The notes beneath the pieces are model-generated. The model ran no database searches and had not been told where the DNA came from. It saw nothing but the letters and a program-made list of their open reading frames with translations. Made by a program: the position numbers and the translations under genes. Below, in pieces: positions 1 to 29,469 of a stretch of DNA of 64,000 nt (positions are counted from its first letter, which is position 1; each line of letters begins with the position of its first letter). Source of the stretch: Macrostomum lignano (taxonomy: Eukaryota); NCBI GenBank assembly GCA_002269645.1, contig NIVC01002381.1, positions 62,153-126,152 of the forward strand, given 5' to 3'.

Positions 1-33
1 GCGGGGTCGGCGGCAGAGTGCGCTGGGGGCGGC

Positions 34-2930
34 TCAGAGGGCAGCCGTGGCGGGCAGCCGTGGCGGGCGGCCTCTCGGTCGCAGAGCCGGCGTCGGGACA
101 GGGTCGTCCGCGTCGATGACGGCTGGCTTCAGCCTATCCACTGACACCCGGTTGCGGCGAGTGCCCAGGTCCAGCAGGAAAGCTTTGGCGTCCCGCTCGA
201 GGACCTTGCACGGGCCGTCGTAAGGTCGCTGCAGTGGGGGGCGGTGGCCGTCGCGCCGGATGAAAACGAACTGGCAGGCGTCGAGGGCGGCGGGCCAGGC
301 GGTGGGGCGGCTGCCGTGACGGGACGTCGGCGACGGCCGGAATGCCTGGACGGCACCGCGGAGCCGGGTGAGGAACTGGTCGTGGTCGCCGGCCGGCGGG
401 CTGGGCTGCAGGCACTCGCCGGGCACGCAGAGGGGCGCACCGTAGACCAGCTCGGCTGACGAAACCGGCAGGTCCTCCTTGGGGGCCGTCCGGATGCCGA
501 GCAGCACCCAGGGCAGCTCGCTGACCCAGGCTGGTCCGGCCAGTCGCGCCATGAGGGAGGCCTTCAGCTGTCGGTGGAAACGCTCGACCAGCCCGTTCGC
601 CGTTGTCCGGTATAGCTGCATTTCGAGGAGTCGTGAGACGTTCGACCACAGCTGCGACGTGAATTGCGAGCCGCGGTCCGATGTGATGTCGCTCGGCACG
701 CCGAACCTGGCGATCCAATGGGCGATGAAGGCTGAAGCGCACGCGGCCGCGGAGGTGTCGGTCATCGGGATCGCCTCCGGCCACCGGGTGAAACGGTCCA
801 CGATGGTCAGCAGGTGCGTGAAGCCTTGCGAAGGCGGCAGCGGCCCCACCAGGTCGACGTGCACGTGGGCGAAGCGCTGGTCCGGGACGCGGATGTTGCC
901 AACTGGGGCTGACTTCCTTGTTCATGCCGGCCCACACGAACTTAGCGGCCACGAGGCGCCGCGTGCTGCGGACGGACGGGTGGGCGCGAGGCCGTGGATG
1001 GCGTCGAAGAGGGGGCGTCGGAAATTCGGCGGCACCAACGGGCGCGGCCGGCCCGTGGAGATGTCGCAGAGCAGGGTGACTCCAGGGCTGAGCTGCAGCG
1101 GCTCGAGCTGGAGGCTGGCATCGGCCTGGCTGGCCAATCGGCAACCTGCGCCATGGCCGCGAAATCCACGCCGGGGAGCAGCCGGGGCTGCACCGAAGAG
1201 ACCTTGCAGCGGGACAGCGCGTCTGCGACCGAGTTGTCCTTGCCCGCCACGTGCTGGATGTCCGTGGTGAACTCGGATACGTAGGCCAGGTGGCGCTGCT
1301 GCCAGGCGGACCACGGGTCAGACATCTTGGACATGGCGGCGACCAGCGGCTTGTGGTCTGTGAAAGCGGTGAATGCGCGGTCCTCGAGGAAATAGCGAAA
1401 GTGCCCGACCGCCAGGTACAGGGCGAGCAGCTCCCGATCGAAGGCGCTGTACTTCTGCTCGGGCGGGCAGAGCTGCCGGCTGAAGAAGGCGAGCGGCTGC
1501 CAGGCGCTGCCAACCCGCTGCTCGGGCGCCGCGCCGACTGCGGTATCGGAGGCGTCGACGGTGAGGGCGAGGGGCGCGTCTGGCCGCGGGTGCGCCAGCA
1601 TGGCGGCGGAGGCCAGCGGCCGCTTTGCCCTGTCGAAAGCGGCGGTCAGCTCGGGCGTCCACCGGACGAACTTCTCCTTGCCGGCCATGGCCGCATGGAT
1701 GGGGCGCAGCAGCTGGGCGGCGCGCGGCACGAAGCGGTGGTAGAAATTCACCATGCCGGCGAACTCCTGCAGGCCCTTGACGGTGGCTGGTGGTGCGAAC
1801 ATGGCGATGGCGTCGACTTTGGTGGGCAGCGGCACGGCTCCCTGGGCGCTGATCCAGTGGCCGAGGAAGTCGATCTCGCTGCGGCCGAACTCGCACTTGG
1901 CCGGGTTGACGATAAGGCCGTTGTCGGCCAGGCGCTGGAACAGCGTCCGCAGGTGCTCCATGTGCTGCTGCCGGCTTTGGTTAGCGACCAAGAAGTCATC
2001 GATGTAGGCGAAGACGAAGTCCAGGTCTTGGAAGACGGAGTCCACCAGCCGCTGGAAGGCCTGGGCAGCGTTCTTGAGGCCGAACGGCATTCGCAGGAAT
2101 TCGAAGAGGCCGAACGGGGTAGTGACGGCTGTCTTGGGCACGTCAACTGTAGCCACAGGCACCTGGTGGCAGCCACGGACGAGATCGATCTTGGAGAAGG
2201 CGCGCTGAGAAGTCCTGGATGTGCGGCACGGGGTAGCGGTCGGGCACCGTGGCGTCGTTGAGCCGCCTGAAATCGCCACAGGGACGCCAGCCGCCCGAGG
2301 CCTTTGGCACCATGTGCAGCGGCGAGGACCAAGTTCCGGCGAGGACCAGGAGCCGGAACTCCTCCTTGGCCACCGCCAGCTTGTCCGGCGGCAGGCGGCG
2401 AGGGCGGGCGTGGACCGGCGGGCCCTGCGTCGGGATGTGGTGCTCCACCCCGTGTCGTGGCGCAGCCCGCTGGAAACTGGGCTCGGTGAGGGCAGGGAAC
2501 TCGGCCAACAGCTGGCTGTACGGGTCCTCAGCGGTGGCTGCGGCGAGCTGCAGTCCGGGCCCCGCGCCGTCCAGCAGGTGCACGCTGGCGAGCGAGCGGG
2601 CGTCCAGGAGGCGCCGGTGCGGCAGGTCCACCAGCAGGCCGTGATGCCGCAGAAAGTCGGCGCCGGTCAGCGGGCGGGAGACCTCGGCTAGTATGAACGG
2701 CCAGGAGCAGCGCCGGATGCCGAGGTCCAACGTGAGCTGGCGGTGCCGAAGGTGCGGATGAGGCTGCCGTTGGCTGCGAAGAGCGGCGGGCCTGGCGAGT
2801 GCAGGCGGGCGTCGGAACCGGCGACGGGGAAAATGCTGACCTCGGCGCCGGTGTCGACCAGGAAACGCCAGCCTGTCTGCACATCCGGGATGAGGAGCAG
2901 GCTGCTGCTGTTGCCGGCCGTCGAGCTGTT
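34..2930 (-). pseudogene. pol: Gypsy pol (protease-RT-RNaseH-integrase) with several frameshifts
   Basis: Motifs are spread over ORFs 2688-3650, 2143-2997, 942-2279, 922-1314 and 34-864 in different frames. Confidence 0.9.
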
Positions 2931-3650
2931 CACTGACGGCCGGCCTGCCCGTTTTCCTGGAAGCTGTACGGGGGCTCGCAGTGGCGGGCCTTCGCACCGA
3001 AGCGACGGTGAAAGAAACACAGGCCGTCGTCCGGGCGGTGTTGCCGAAGCCGGCTCTGTCTGGCGCCCTTGCTGGCCGCAGAGACCGCCGGCTGGGCTTG
3101 CTGGACTGGGTCTGCCGCCGGCTGCTGGACGGAGGCCGCGACCAGCTGCGGCCGGCTGGCCCAGAGCTTGTCCACCTGCTGCGCTGCTGCCCGGGGGTCC
3201 GCGAAACTGACGGTTGTCATGGCCATGCGTACCTCCGGTGGCAGCTGTGGCGGAACAGCTCCTCGAACAGCAGGCAGGGGCGGTGTGGTTCCCCAGCAGG
3301 GCGAGCATCTCGTCCATCAGCTCGGACGGCCGCCGGTCGCCGAGGCCGGACATGCTGAGCAGGCGGCTGGCCCGCTGCTGAGGAGTCAAATCGAAAGTGC
3401 TGTTGAGGCGCTCCTTTAGCTGAGCGTACTTGTTCGCATCCGGAAGATCCTCCAGAACATCGAACAGGCGCTCTACTCTCCGCTGGTCAAGAGCTGCGAC
3501 CAGATGGGCGTACTGTATCGTCCTTGAGTGATGCCTCTCAGGGTAAACTGAGCTTCGGCCTGGATTAACCAGGCTCGAGGCAGTGAGGCTGGGCCGCCCG
3601 AAAAATGGCAGCTTCAGGGACAGCAGAGTCGGTTTGTTGGGCCATTGCAC
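2930..3650 (-). pseudogene. gag: Gypsy gag, frameshifted
   Basis: ORFs 2688-3650 and 2930-3226 hold consecutive gag segments in different frames. Confidence 0.8.
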
Positions 3651-3660
3651 GAAATGGCTG

Positions 3661-3674
3661 CGTAGGGCTCACCA
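3661..3674 (-). promoter_or_regulatory. Primer binding site, tRNA-Trp-like
   Basis: TGGTGAGCCCTACG lies 1 nt after the LTR end; 12/14 match to the recalled tRNA-Trp PBS TGGTGACCCCGACG. Confidence 0.65.
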
Positions 3675-3675
3675 A

Positions 3676-3865
3676 TGAAGCGCGGCTTGCGAGTTGTAGC
3701 TAAAGCGAGCAAAAAGAGCTTGTGATATTTGTTCAGCATAGTTATTTATACATAACGAGAATAGGGAGGTGTGAGTCAGATCGAACTGGCTGGCTGGGCA
3801 AAACTCCCCAGCAGCCAGACGTGCAGGGGGGTCTGTGTACAGGGTACAGGCGGGCCCCGCTCTCA
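3676..3865 (-). repeat. 5' LTR (~190 bp) of the Gypsy element
   Basis: Minus strand begins TGAGAGCG and ends CGCTTCA (TG...CA, imperfect terminal inverted repeat), contains TATAAATA, is followed by the PBS, and composition turns AT-rich beyond it. Confidence 0.7.
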
Positions 3866-4648
3866 GCCGTTGAATTTGATTGATTAAAAATTTCTAAGCT
3901 TAGCTTAATTTTAAGTTCAAACTAAACTCGAATTAATTCGGTTGAAGATTTTAAGCAGTGTCCTTTTTATGTAGGATTTAATAGAGAATGCGGTAGTCGT
4001 GCGAAATTTTTGTGAATACCAAAAATATCCACTTTTGTACATGTATGCAATACACAAACACAAAATATGCAAAAAGATGAAATACTAAGCTGGTAATAAT
4101 TTGATTAGAACGTGAATTCATTTATACATATGCATAGACAAAACTCTAAAAATCAGAAATTGCTATCGTACTGAAAGTGGAATAGAAAACATATTTTTAT
4201 AACTAAAATCATATACCAGCTGTGAGAAAGTATAGTAAAGCGACAAAAATATTAGAAAGCCCTTAAAACAGTATTTTTGTGCTCGAACAAAAATCGAGCA
4301 AAAATTGCAGAGTAAGACTGAAGAAGAGGCATAGAGATTTTCCTCTGCATTTTTTCCTTTTAGAGCAAAATCGGCAGAAAAAGACCTGGTTCTCAAATGT
4401 GCAGCAAAATCGGCAATCCGTAATTCCCAGAAACCAGACTAAAGCGTAATGTTACTTTACGCGAAAATTTAAAAGGTTTTTTCCTTGCTTCCTCAAATTT
4501 CGAAAACTTAATTCTCGTCTCGGCAGCTTGCTCGCACAACCCGGAACAGGAAACTAGCCGCACGATTAGCGGGAATAAAATTGCGGGAGGGGATTAGCTC
4601 ATTTGTTAGTTAGTAATTTACGGTTTAAAGCCGTGATCTAAAGTGGTC

Positions 4649-23672
<19,024 letters not shown>

Positions 23673-24712
23673 TCTAAATTTAACTGACAATAATAAATAA
23701 TAAATTAAATACATATCCGCCGCATACTACTGCTGCTGCGCGAGACTACTGCTGAACAAAAATTCTGGCAAAACTTCTGCTAGCGATTTCAATCAATCAA
23801 TACTGAACTCGGGTTCGCAGTCGGACACACTGATTAGAGCCATTCCTGTATTGCTACTTGATTTCTTGATCAGAGCTCCCTGCCTGCGCACCCACTAATC
23901 ACTGCTTTATACACCTCTGCCCCAGCCAGGTGCAATCCGACTTCCTTTTTGGTCCGTTTTTTTGCTGTCTTCAAGTCTGTCTGATTCGCAATTTTGGTTT
24001 TTTTGAGTTTTGTCAGAATTGCAAATTTTATAAATTGATTATTTTGAGTCAATTCTGTGCAGTAGAACTGTTTTTAACTGATTAGCGCTTTCTTAGCTGA
24101 GTGATTCTTCCCCAGTAATCCCCTTCAATTGGTGCTTTGAAATTCATTTATTCACTGTTTTGTACCTGATTACTATTAGTAATATTTTTATTAATTTGTT
24201 ACTTTTTCCGCACGGACTGTTTAGTGGACATTTAATAAATAATAATGATGATGATAATAGCAACAAATGTTCGCAGGCTCAGGTGCCAATGGAAAAATCG
24301 ACTCATTCATTTATTATCTGAAAGGTTTCTCCGGCTCTCATCTTGAAGGTCATGAAGAATTGAACTTTGAGGAAAGCCAGGAAAACGAAAGCCAAAACGA
24401 ACATTCGCATTTATGACCAAAATTATTAAAGAAAAAATGCGATGTTTGTTTTTGCTTTCGTTTTCCTGGCTTTCCTCAAACGATGTACCTTACCTTGACT
24501 CTGAATTGAACTTTAAAGTGCACAGTCGGTTGGAGTTTTCCTATGGCGAAACTCTGAAGCCTCTGACAAGTGACGAGAATTGCTTTTGTCAGCCAAAGTT
24601 GAGAATTCCCATTTGCCAGCAGTAGATATGGTCTTGCCCATAGACAGGCAAAAAATGGCCGTCAATCAAATTGATAAATCTGATCTTTACTACATGGAAG
24701 TAGATGTTTACC

Positions 24713-26072
24713 GGTTCACTGGTCAGATCGTCATATTCCATTTCGTCATATCGGATGACGAAGTGACCAAATATTTTGTTATGCTGGATACTTCGTCATC
24801 AACCAATCAGTAAAATGGGGGATGAAAATACCTTTAACGTGGATAACAACCATGCACAAAAACTAAACCGGATCAATTGGTATCCTAACTTCGTCATCCA
24901 CCAATGAGAAAGAAATAGCAAAAAATAGACACCGAGTCTTTTAGATATTAAAAAATTTAAAAATATTTTCTTTGCCATGAATTAAAGGATTTTCCACGCA
25001 ACAGTTTTATACGCACAACGCATATCTTTACAATGCCGGATAAACGTAGACCGCGAAAGTGCAAGAGACAATTGTGTGCTGCATGCTCAAAAACCGTGCG
25101 CAATGATGATGAAGCCATTTCGTGTGACTCATGCAAGAAATTGCAACGTCGCTGCTGCGGAACAGGTGTGTCGAAAAAAGACTACAATGCTAATAATGCA
25201 GGATAAATTCACGTGGATGTGCACTGAGTGCCGGATATCCGAAGCAAAATCGCCGCAATCGAATTCGCGATCAGGTCCTGCGTCCGCTCTGGCAGCTGTG
25301 CTGCCGAATTGCCACCGACTTTGCCGCCGTCGACTTCGCCGTCAGGTCCTGCGCTCTCGCAGTCGCCTCCGCTGCCGCCGCCACCGACTTCGCTGCCACC
25401 TGCGCCTCATCTGGAAGCAGCACTATCGCCGCCACCTGCGCCTCAGTTACTTAAGTATGCATTAATGCCACAACGGTTAGTAACGTCTATGGCTCAGCCA
25501 GCTACCATTTTGGATGAGCTGTATTCCTTCCATCTAGAACCCGTCCGCCATCCTGCGGCTTTTACTGGAAAATCCAATCGAGGGTCCTGAGCCGCAAACC
25601 GGTAATTTTCCTGCAGCTGGAATAACCAACGGAGTTTTTGATGAGGATCTGCTGGCAAAAGTCATATGAAGTTAAATGAATTCGTGTTTAAGGATTATTT
25701 AGCTTTCTATTAAAAAACCTTCCAATTGCAAAACTATCTAATAAAAATCCTAAAAAAGCAAAGTCCACGGGGGGTGTGTGTGAGATTTGAGTTAGTGTAA
25801 ACTATTTTTTGTTTTATTAACTATAAGCTGCGGCAAGCAGAACCGATCCATCGACAGGTTTTATCAATCGAGATGACAAAATGACTGGGATCATTAGGAT
25901 TCCAAGTAAATACGTTTAATTGCCACATTAATTCACTTGGAAGTTGAAACTAACATGATTGGTGGATGACGAAATGACTCTCTTCAGGTAGTGCATGTTA
26001 ATTAAGATGACGAAGTGACCCTAGTCGAGGTGAGCACCCCAGACACCTCAGATGAAGAAATGACTAGGAACC
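24713..26072 (+). mobile_element. Putative non-autonomous DNA transposon with subterminal repeats and a decayed PHD-finger ORF (copy at 33731-35090)
   Basis: Imperfect TIR GGTTC(A)CT(G/A)GTCA; ACC flanks both ends (possible 3-bp TSD); GATGACGAA(G/A)TGAC motifs cluster near both ends in largely opposite orientation; internal CAAC...CDSC...CC...WMCTEC. Confidence 0.5.
25033..25465 (+). pseudogene. Decayed PHD finger followed by a Pro/Ser-rich segment
   Basis: MPDKRRPRKCKRQLCAACSKTVRNDDEAISCDSCKKLQRRCC (His ligand position reads CGT/Arg), then a frameshift to DKFTWMCTECR. Confidence 0.55.
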
Positions 26073-26434
26073 ACCGACTTATATGAGCTAATAATTTAAT
26101 TTAATAAATTAATAATCGAGGTATCCTTTGTAGTCAAGTTGTTCCTCCTGAAATTCAGACTGTCGCTCTTTTCATTTCCTTGCTTTTGGCAGTTGGTTAC
26201 TATACCGACAAACGCCTACATTCCGTTCCTAAAGGCGATGTAAAATTTAATCGATATTGAGTCTTGACTACGGGCTTCTGACTACAGCGCAGACGCCAAA
26301 TGTTGCCTGTACCAGCAAGTTGGCTGGTTCGGAACCCCTCCCGAAGGGTCTTTGACGTGACCGCTCTTTTTAAGATACTGAATGAAACTGATTGAAAAAC
26401 TTTGATGTCAACAAAGCAGGGCATGCAGCTGCCG

Positions 26435-26878
26435 TCACGTCCTCGAGTTCGGGCAGGGCTCGCACGAGTCGCACTCGGCCAAAATCGTGCGGTCCTTTTT
26501 GACCTCCAGCACTCGGCAGTAGCCTGAGCAGCAGTCCTTGCCGCTCCAGCACCTGGCAGTAGCCTGAGCAGCAGTCCTTGCCGCTCCAGCACCTGGTGCC
26601 GCCTTCTGAGCACGACTTGCTGGATGAGCAGGCCGGTGCCATCTCTAGCTTTGCAGTGAGGAAAATTGTGTATTTGTATAGATACTTTATATACTTTATA
26701 TAGAGTCTTTGGGGTTAATGGCCCTCCTGGGTGCGAATGGCTCAGTATAACCCACCAGAGCCATGCAATACCTGTACTTGAAAAGAAGTCTCAATTGTCA
26801 GTTAATAAATGGCATTGCAAATGCATAAAACAGCTACTCACGCGTAAGAAGAGTTATGATAATCAAAAAGTTGAACAT
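26435..26878 (-). CDS. Secreted knottin-like peptide gene C (contains a 40-bp internal duplication)
   Basis: Exon 1 26842-26878 (MFNFLIIITLLT, gtgagt donor), phase-1 intron, exon 2 26435-26644. With one 40-bp copy removed: QMAPA|CSSSKSCSEGGTRCWSGKDCCSGYCRVLEVKKDRTILAECDSCEPCPNSRT*. Confidence 0.75.
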
Positions 26879-27400
26879 TTGTAATTTAGTGAAGAAGATG
26901 GAACTGTGTGCAAAGTGCAGTTGGGTTCGAAGATCGGTGGTACTGAGACTACGGACACTTGGCTGCATGATGATGGAGATGGATGGAGAATGATAATTAG
27001 GCTTAGTTCTGGCTCAACTGCTGCCATAGACGGTAAAGGCCTGACACAAATTGAAGAGACAAAGAGAAGGTTCTGTAGCTGCCGGCGGAGACTGTCCCGC
27101 CAAGGGCGGGTTTCTTGTCTATGGTAAAAAGTCAAACTTCTCTGTGGCACAGTCAACTGCAAGTGCCAGGGGTTCTCAATTCCTCTGCAAGACCTGGTCA
27201 CTAAAATCTCAAGCTTACATGATGTACTTGCTGCTTGCTTGGAATAGAACTGCCCTTTTTACGCAGTTATAGAATTTCTACTGGATACATGTAATTATTG
27301 GTCTGAAAGTTGGTAGCGGAAATGAAAGCTTAGCAATCTCTACACACGGATATATTGCGGCAGAGATCAAAACTGGGTGAAAAGCACAGGCTGGGCTGGC

Positions 27401-27940
27401 GGCAGAGATCAAAGCGGGGCAGCAGGGCACAGGCCGAGTTGCCGGCAGAGATCAAAGCGGGGCAGCAGGGCACAGGCCGAGTTGGCGGCAGAGATCAAAG
27501 CGGGGCAGCAGGGCACAGGCCGAGTTGCCGGCAGAGATCAAAGCGGGGCAGCAGGGCACAGGCCGAGTTGGCGGCAGAGATCAAAGCGGGGCAGCAGGGC
27601 ACAGGCCGAGTTGGCGGCAGAGATCAAAGCGGGGCAGCAGGGCACAGGCCGAGTTGGCGGCAGAGATCAAAGCGGGGCAGCAGGGCACAGGCCGAGTTGG
27701 CGGCAGAGATCAAAGCGGGGCAGCAGGGCACAGGCCGAGTTGGCGGCAGAGATCAAAGCGGGGCAGCAGGGCACAGGCCGAGTTGGCGGCAGAGATCAAA
27801 GCGGGGCAGCAGGGCACAGGCCGAGTTGGCGGCAGAGATCAAAGCGGGGCAGCAGGGCACAGGCCGAGTTGGCGGCAGAGATCAAAGCGGGGCAGCAGGG
27901 CACAGGCCGAGTTGGCGGCAGAGATCAGAGCGGAGCAGCA
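27401..27940. repeat. 43-bp minisatellite, 12 units, just downstream of the knottin gene B stop (9 units of a different variant at 36420-36830)
   Basis: GGCAGAGATCAAAGCGGGGCAGCAGGGCACAGGCCGAGTTGGC. Confidence 0.95.
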
Positions 27941-27951
27941 GGCACAGCAGC

Positions 27952-28276
27952 TCAGGTGCACTCTGCAGTGAACGTCAAGTTCGGCCAGGCCTTGAGCACT
28001 CTGCAGTAGTGTGAGCAGCAGTCTTTGCCCGACCAGCAGCTCACTCCGTTGACCAGACATGGCTCTGTGGCGGGGCAGGCGACTGATGATCTCAAGTCTG
28101 CAACAAATTGAGCGGGTAACGGACTGCTCTTTGTTCATTCTAGTCTTGGTTTTAATTAGGAAATAAAATCGTTATTTACAGTTGATATTAGTCGATAGAC
28201 TGCCTGAAAACTCACAGATTAGCAGTAAAATGAAGAAAGCAAGCAGAAGTGACTTCACGGACTGGTGTATTTTCAT
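27952..28276 (-). CDS. Secreted knottin-like peptide gene B (68 aa)
   Basis: Exon 1 28216-28276, 118-nt GT-AG phase-1 intron, exon 2 27952-28097: MKIHQSVKSLLLAFFILLLIYLRSSVA|CPATEPCLVNGVSCWSGKDCCSHYCRVLKAWPNLTFTAECT*. Confidence 0.88.
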
Positions 28277-28487
28277 GGCTGCGTGATCAAGTTGGCAAAC
28301 CTGCAAACTGACTTCTTGTGGTGGTCGCTCAAGTGAAGGTGGGTGCCAAAGCGCATGGCACCGAGAAGTAAATAAAAGTCCTTGTCTTGAAATTGTCTGT
28401 GGCTGAAAACCTGTTTCTTGTAAAAGAACAAGACTCTGCTTTTACAAATCAAAGAGACCATTCTAAATCAGAATTTATTGCAAAAAT

Positions 28488-28507
28488 TTTATATACCGGT
28501 ATTTAAA
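28488..28507. promoter_or_regulatory. Near-palindromic back-to-back TATA-like element between divergent genes B and A (copy near 37378-37397)
   Basis: TTTATATACCGGTATTTAAA is 18/20 self-complementary; it reads TATATAAA on minus and TATTTAAA on plus. Confidence 0.45.
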
Positions 28508-28535
28508 GCAGAAATTTTCAGTGGAAAGAAACCAT

Positions 28536-29310
28536 ATGTCTGGCTGGCTTATGTTACTCCTGCTGGGCCTCTCCGTCAGCAGCCAACTGATTACATGTGA
28601 GTCAGGGAGTTTTCAATGTCAGCGTTGCGCGCCATCATTGTGTTATGAACTTTCATGTTCTGAATTCGTGTTCTGAATTTATGTGTCCTGAATCTGTGTT
28701 CTGAATTCGTGTTCTGAATTTGTGTCTTCAATCTGTGTTCTGAATTCGTGTTCTGAATTTGTGTTCAATCTGTGTTCTGAATTCGTGTTCTGAATTTATG
28801 TTCTGAATTCGTGTTCTGAATGATCTTGTTCTGAATTCGTGTTCTGAATTCGTGTTCTGAATTCGTGTTCTGAATTCGTGTTCTGAATTCGTGTTCTGAA
28901 TTCGTGTTCTGAATTCGTGTTCTGAATTCGTGTTCTGAATTCGTGTTCTGAATTCGTGTTCTGAATTCGTGTTCTGAATTCGTGTTCTGAATTCGTGTTC
29001 TGAATTCGTGTTCTGAATTCGTGTTCTGAATTAGTGTTCTGAATTAGTGTTCTGAATTAGTGTTCTGAATTAGTGTTCTGAATTAGTGTTCTGAATTAGT
29101 GTTCTGAATTTGTGTTCTGAATTCGTGTTCACGAAGCTTCTTTCCTCCAATCCAGCAGCGCAGGCCTGCAAGTGCCCCAGGGACCACCGCGGCTGCACCC
29201 TGAAGCAGGACGGCCAGGTGTGCGGCCGCGGCAGCGAGTGCTGCTCCCGATGGTGCCGGCTGAGCTCGGTCGCGTCCGGCATTAACAGGCGAGTCTGCGC
29301 GTCCTGCTGA
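28536..29310 (+). CDS. Secreted knottin-like peptide gene A (71 aa)
   Basis: Exon 1 28536-28596 (gtgagt donor), phase-1 intron, exon 2 29156-29310 (NAGNAG acceptor): MSGWLMLLLLGLSVSSQLITSAQA|CKCPRDHRGCTLKQDGQVCGRGSECCSRWCRLSSVASGINRRVCASC*. Confidence 0.88.
28655..29130. repeat. 13-bp minisatellite (TTCTGAATTCGTG) in the gene A intron (copy at 37544-38100)
   Basis: Seen directly; unit number differs between copies. Confidence 0.95.
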
Positions 29311-29469
29311 TGAAGCTGAGCTGGCACCAGGCTCCCGCGGCCTCATCGCTTGGGGGGAAGAAACCGCATCACTAGTGCATGCATGTATTGTAATAAGTTC
29401 ACTGTTTTATACTCTGTTCATTTTAAATACACAAGTTACCGCAACAAATCAGTACATTTTAGTACAGTA

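Larger units (their letters stand above)
1..3865 (-). mobile_element. Ty3/Gypsy LTR retrotransposon (5' LTR, PBS, gag, pol with PR-RT-RH-IN), frameshifted; 3' LTR lies outside the window
   Basis: Minus-strand ORF pieces carry gag (YAHLVAALDQ...LGDRRPSELMDEM; [11 protein letters not shown]), protease ([10 protein letters not shown]), RT (FLRMPFGLKNA, YIDD), RNase H (LTVDASD, YSAFDRELLA) and integrase (HVDLVGPLP, NGLVERFHRQLK). The domain order is Gypsy-type. Confidence 0.95.

Noticed and set aside
129-3419. Many overlapping GC-rich ORFs on both strands of the retrotransposon, clathrin exons, C2H2 gene and WDR90 exon
   Set aside because: Shadow ORFs caused by high GC content and stop-codon scarcity; no recognisable motifs.
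27355-28014. Plus-strand repeat ORFs over the 43-bp array
   Set aside because: Array translations; the real gene here is on the minus strand.
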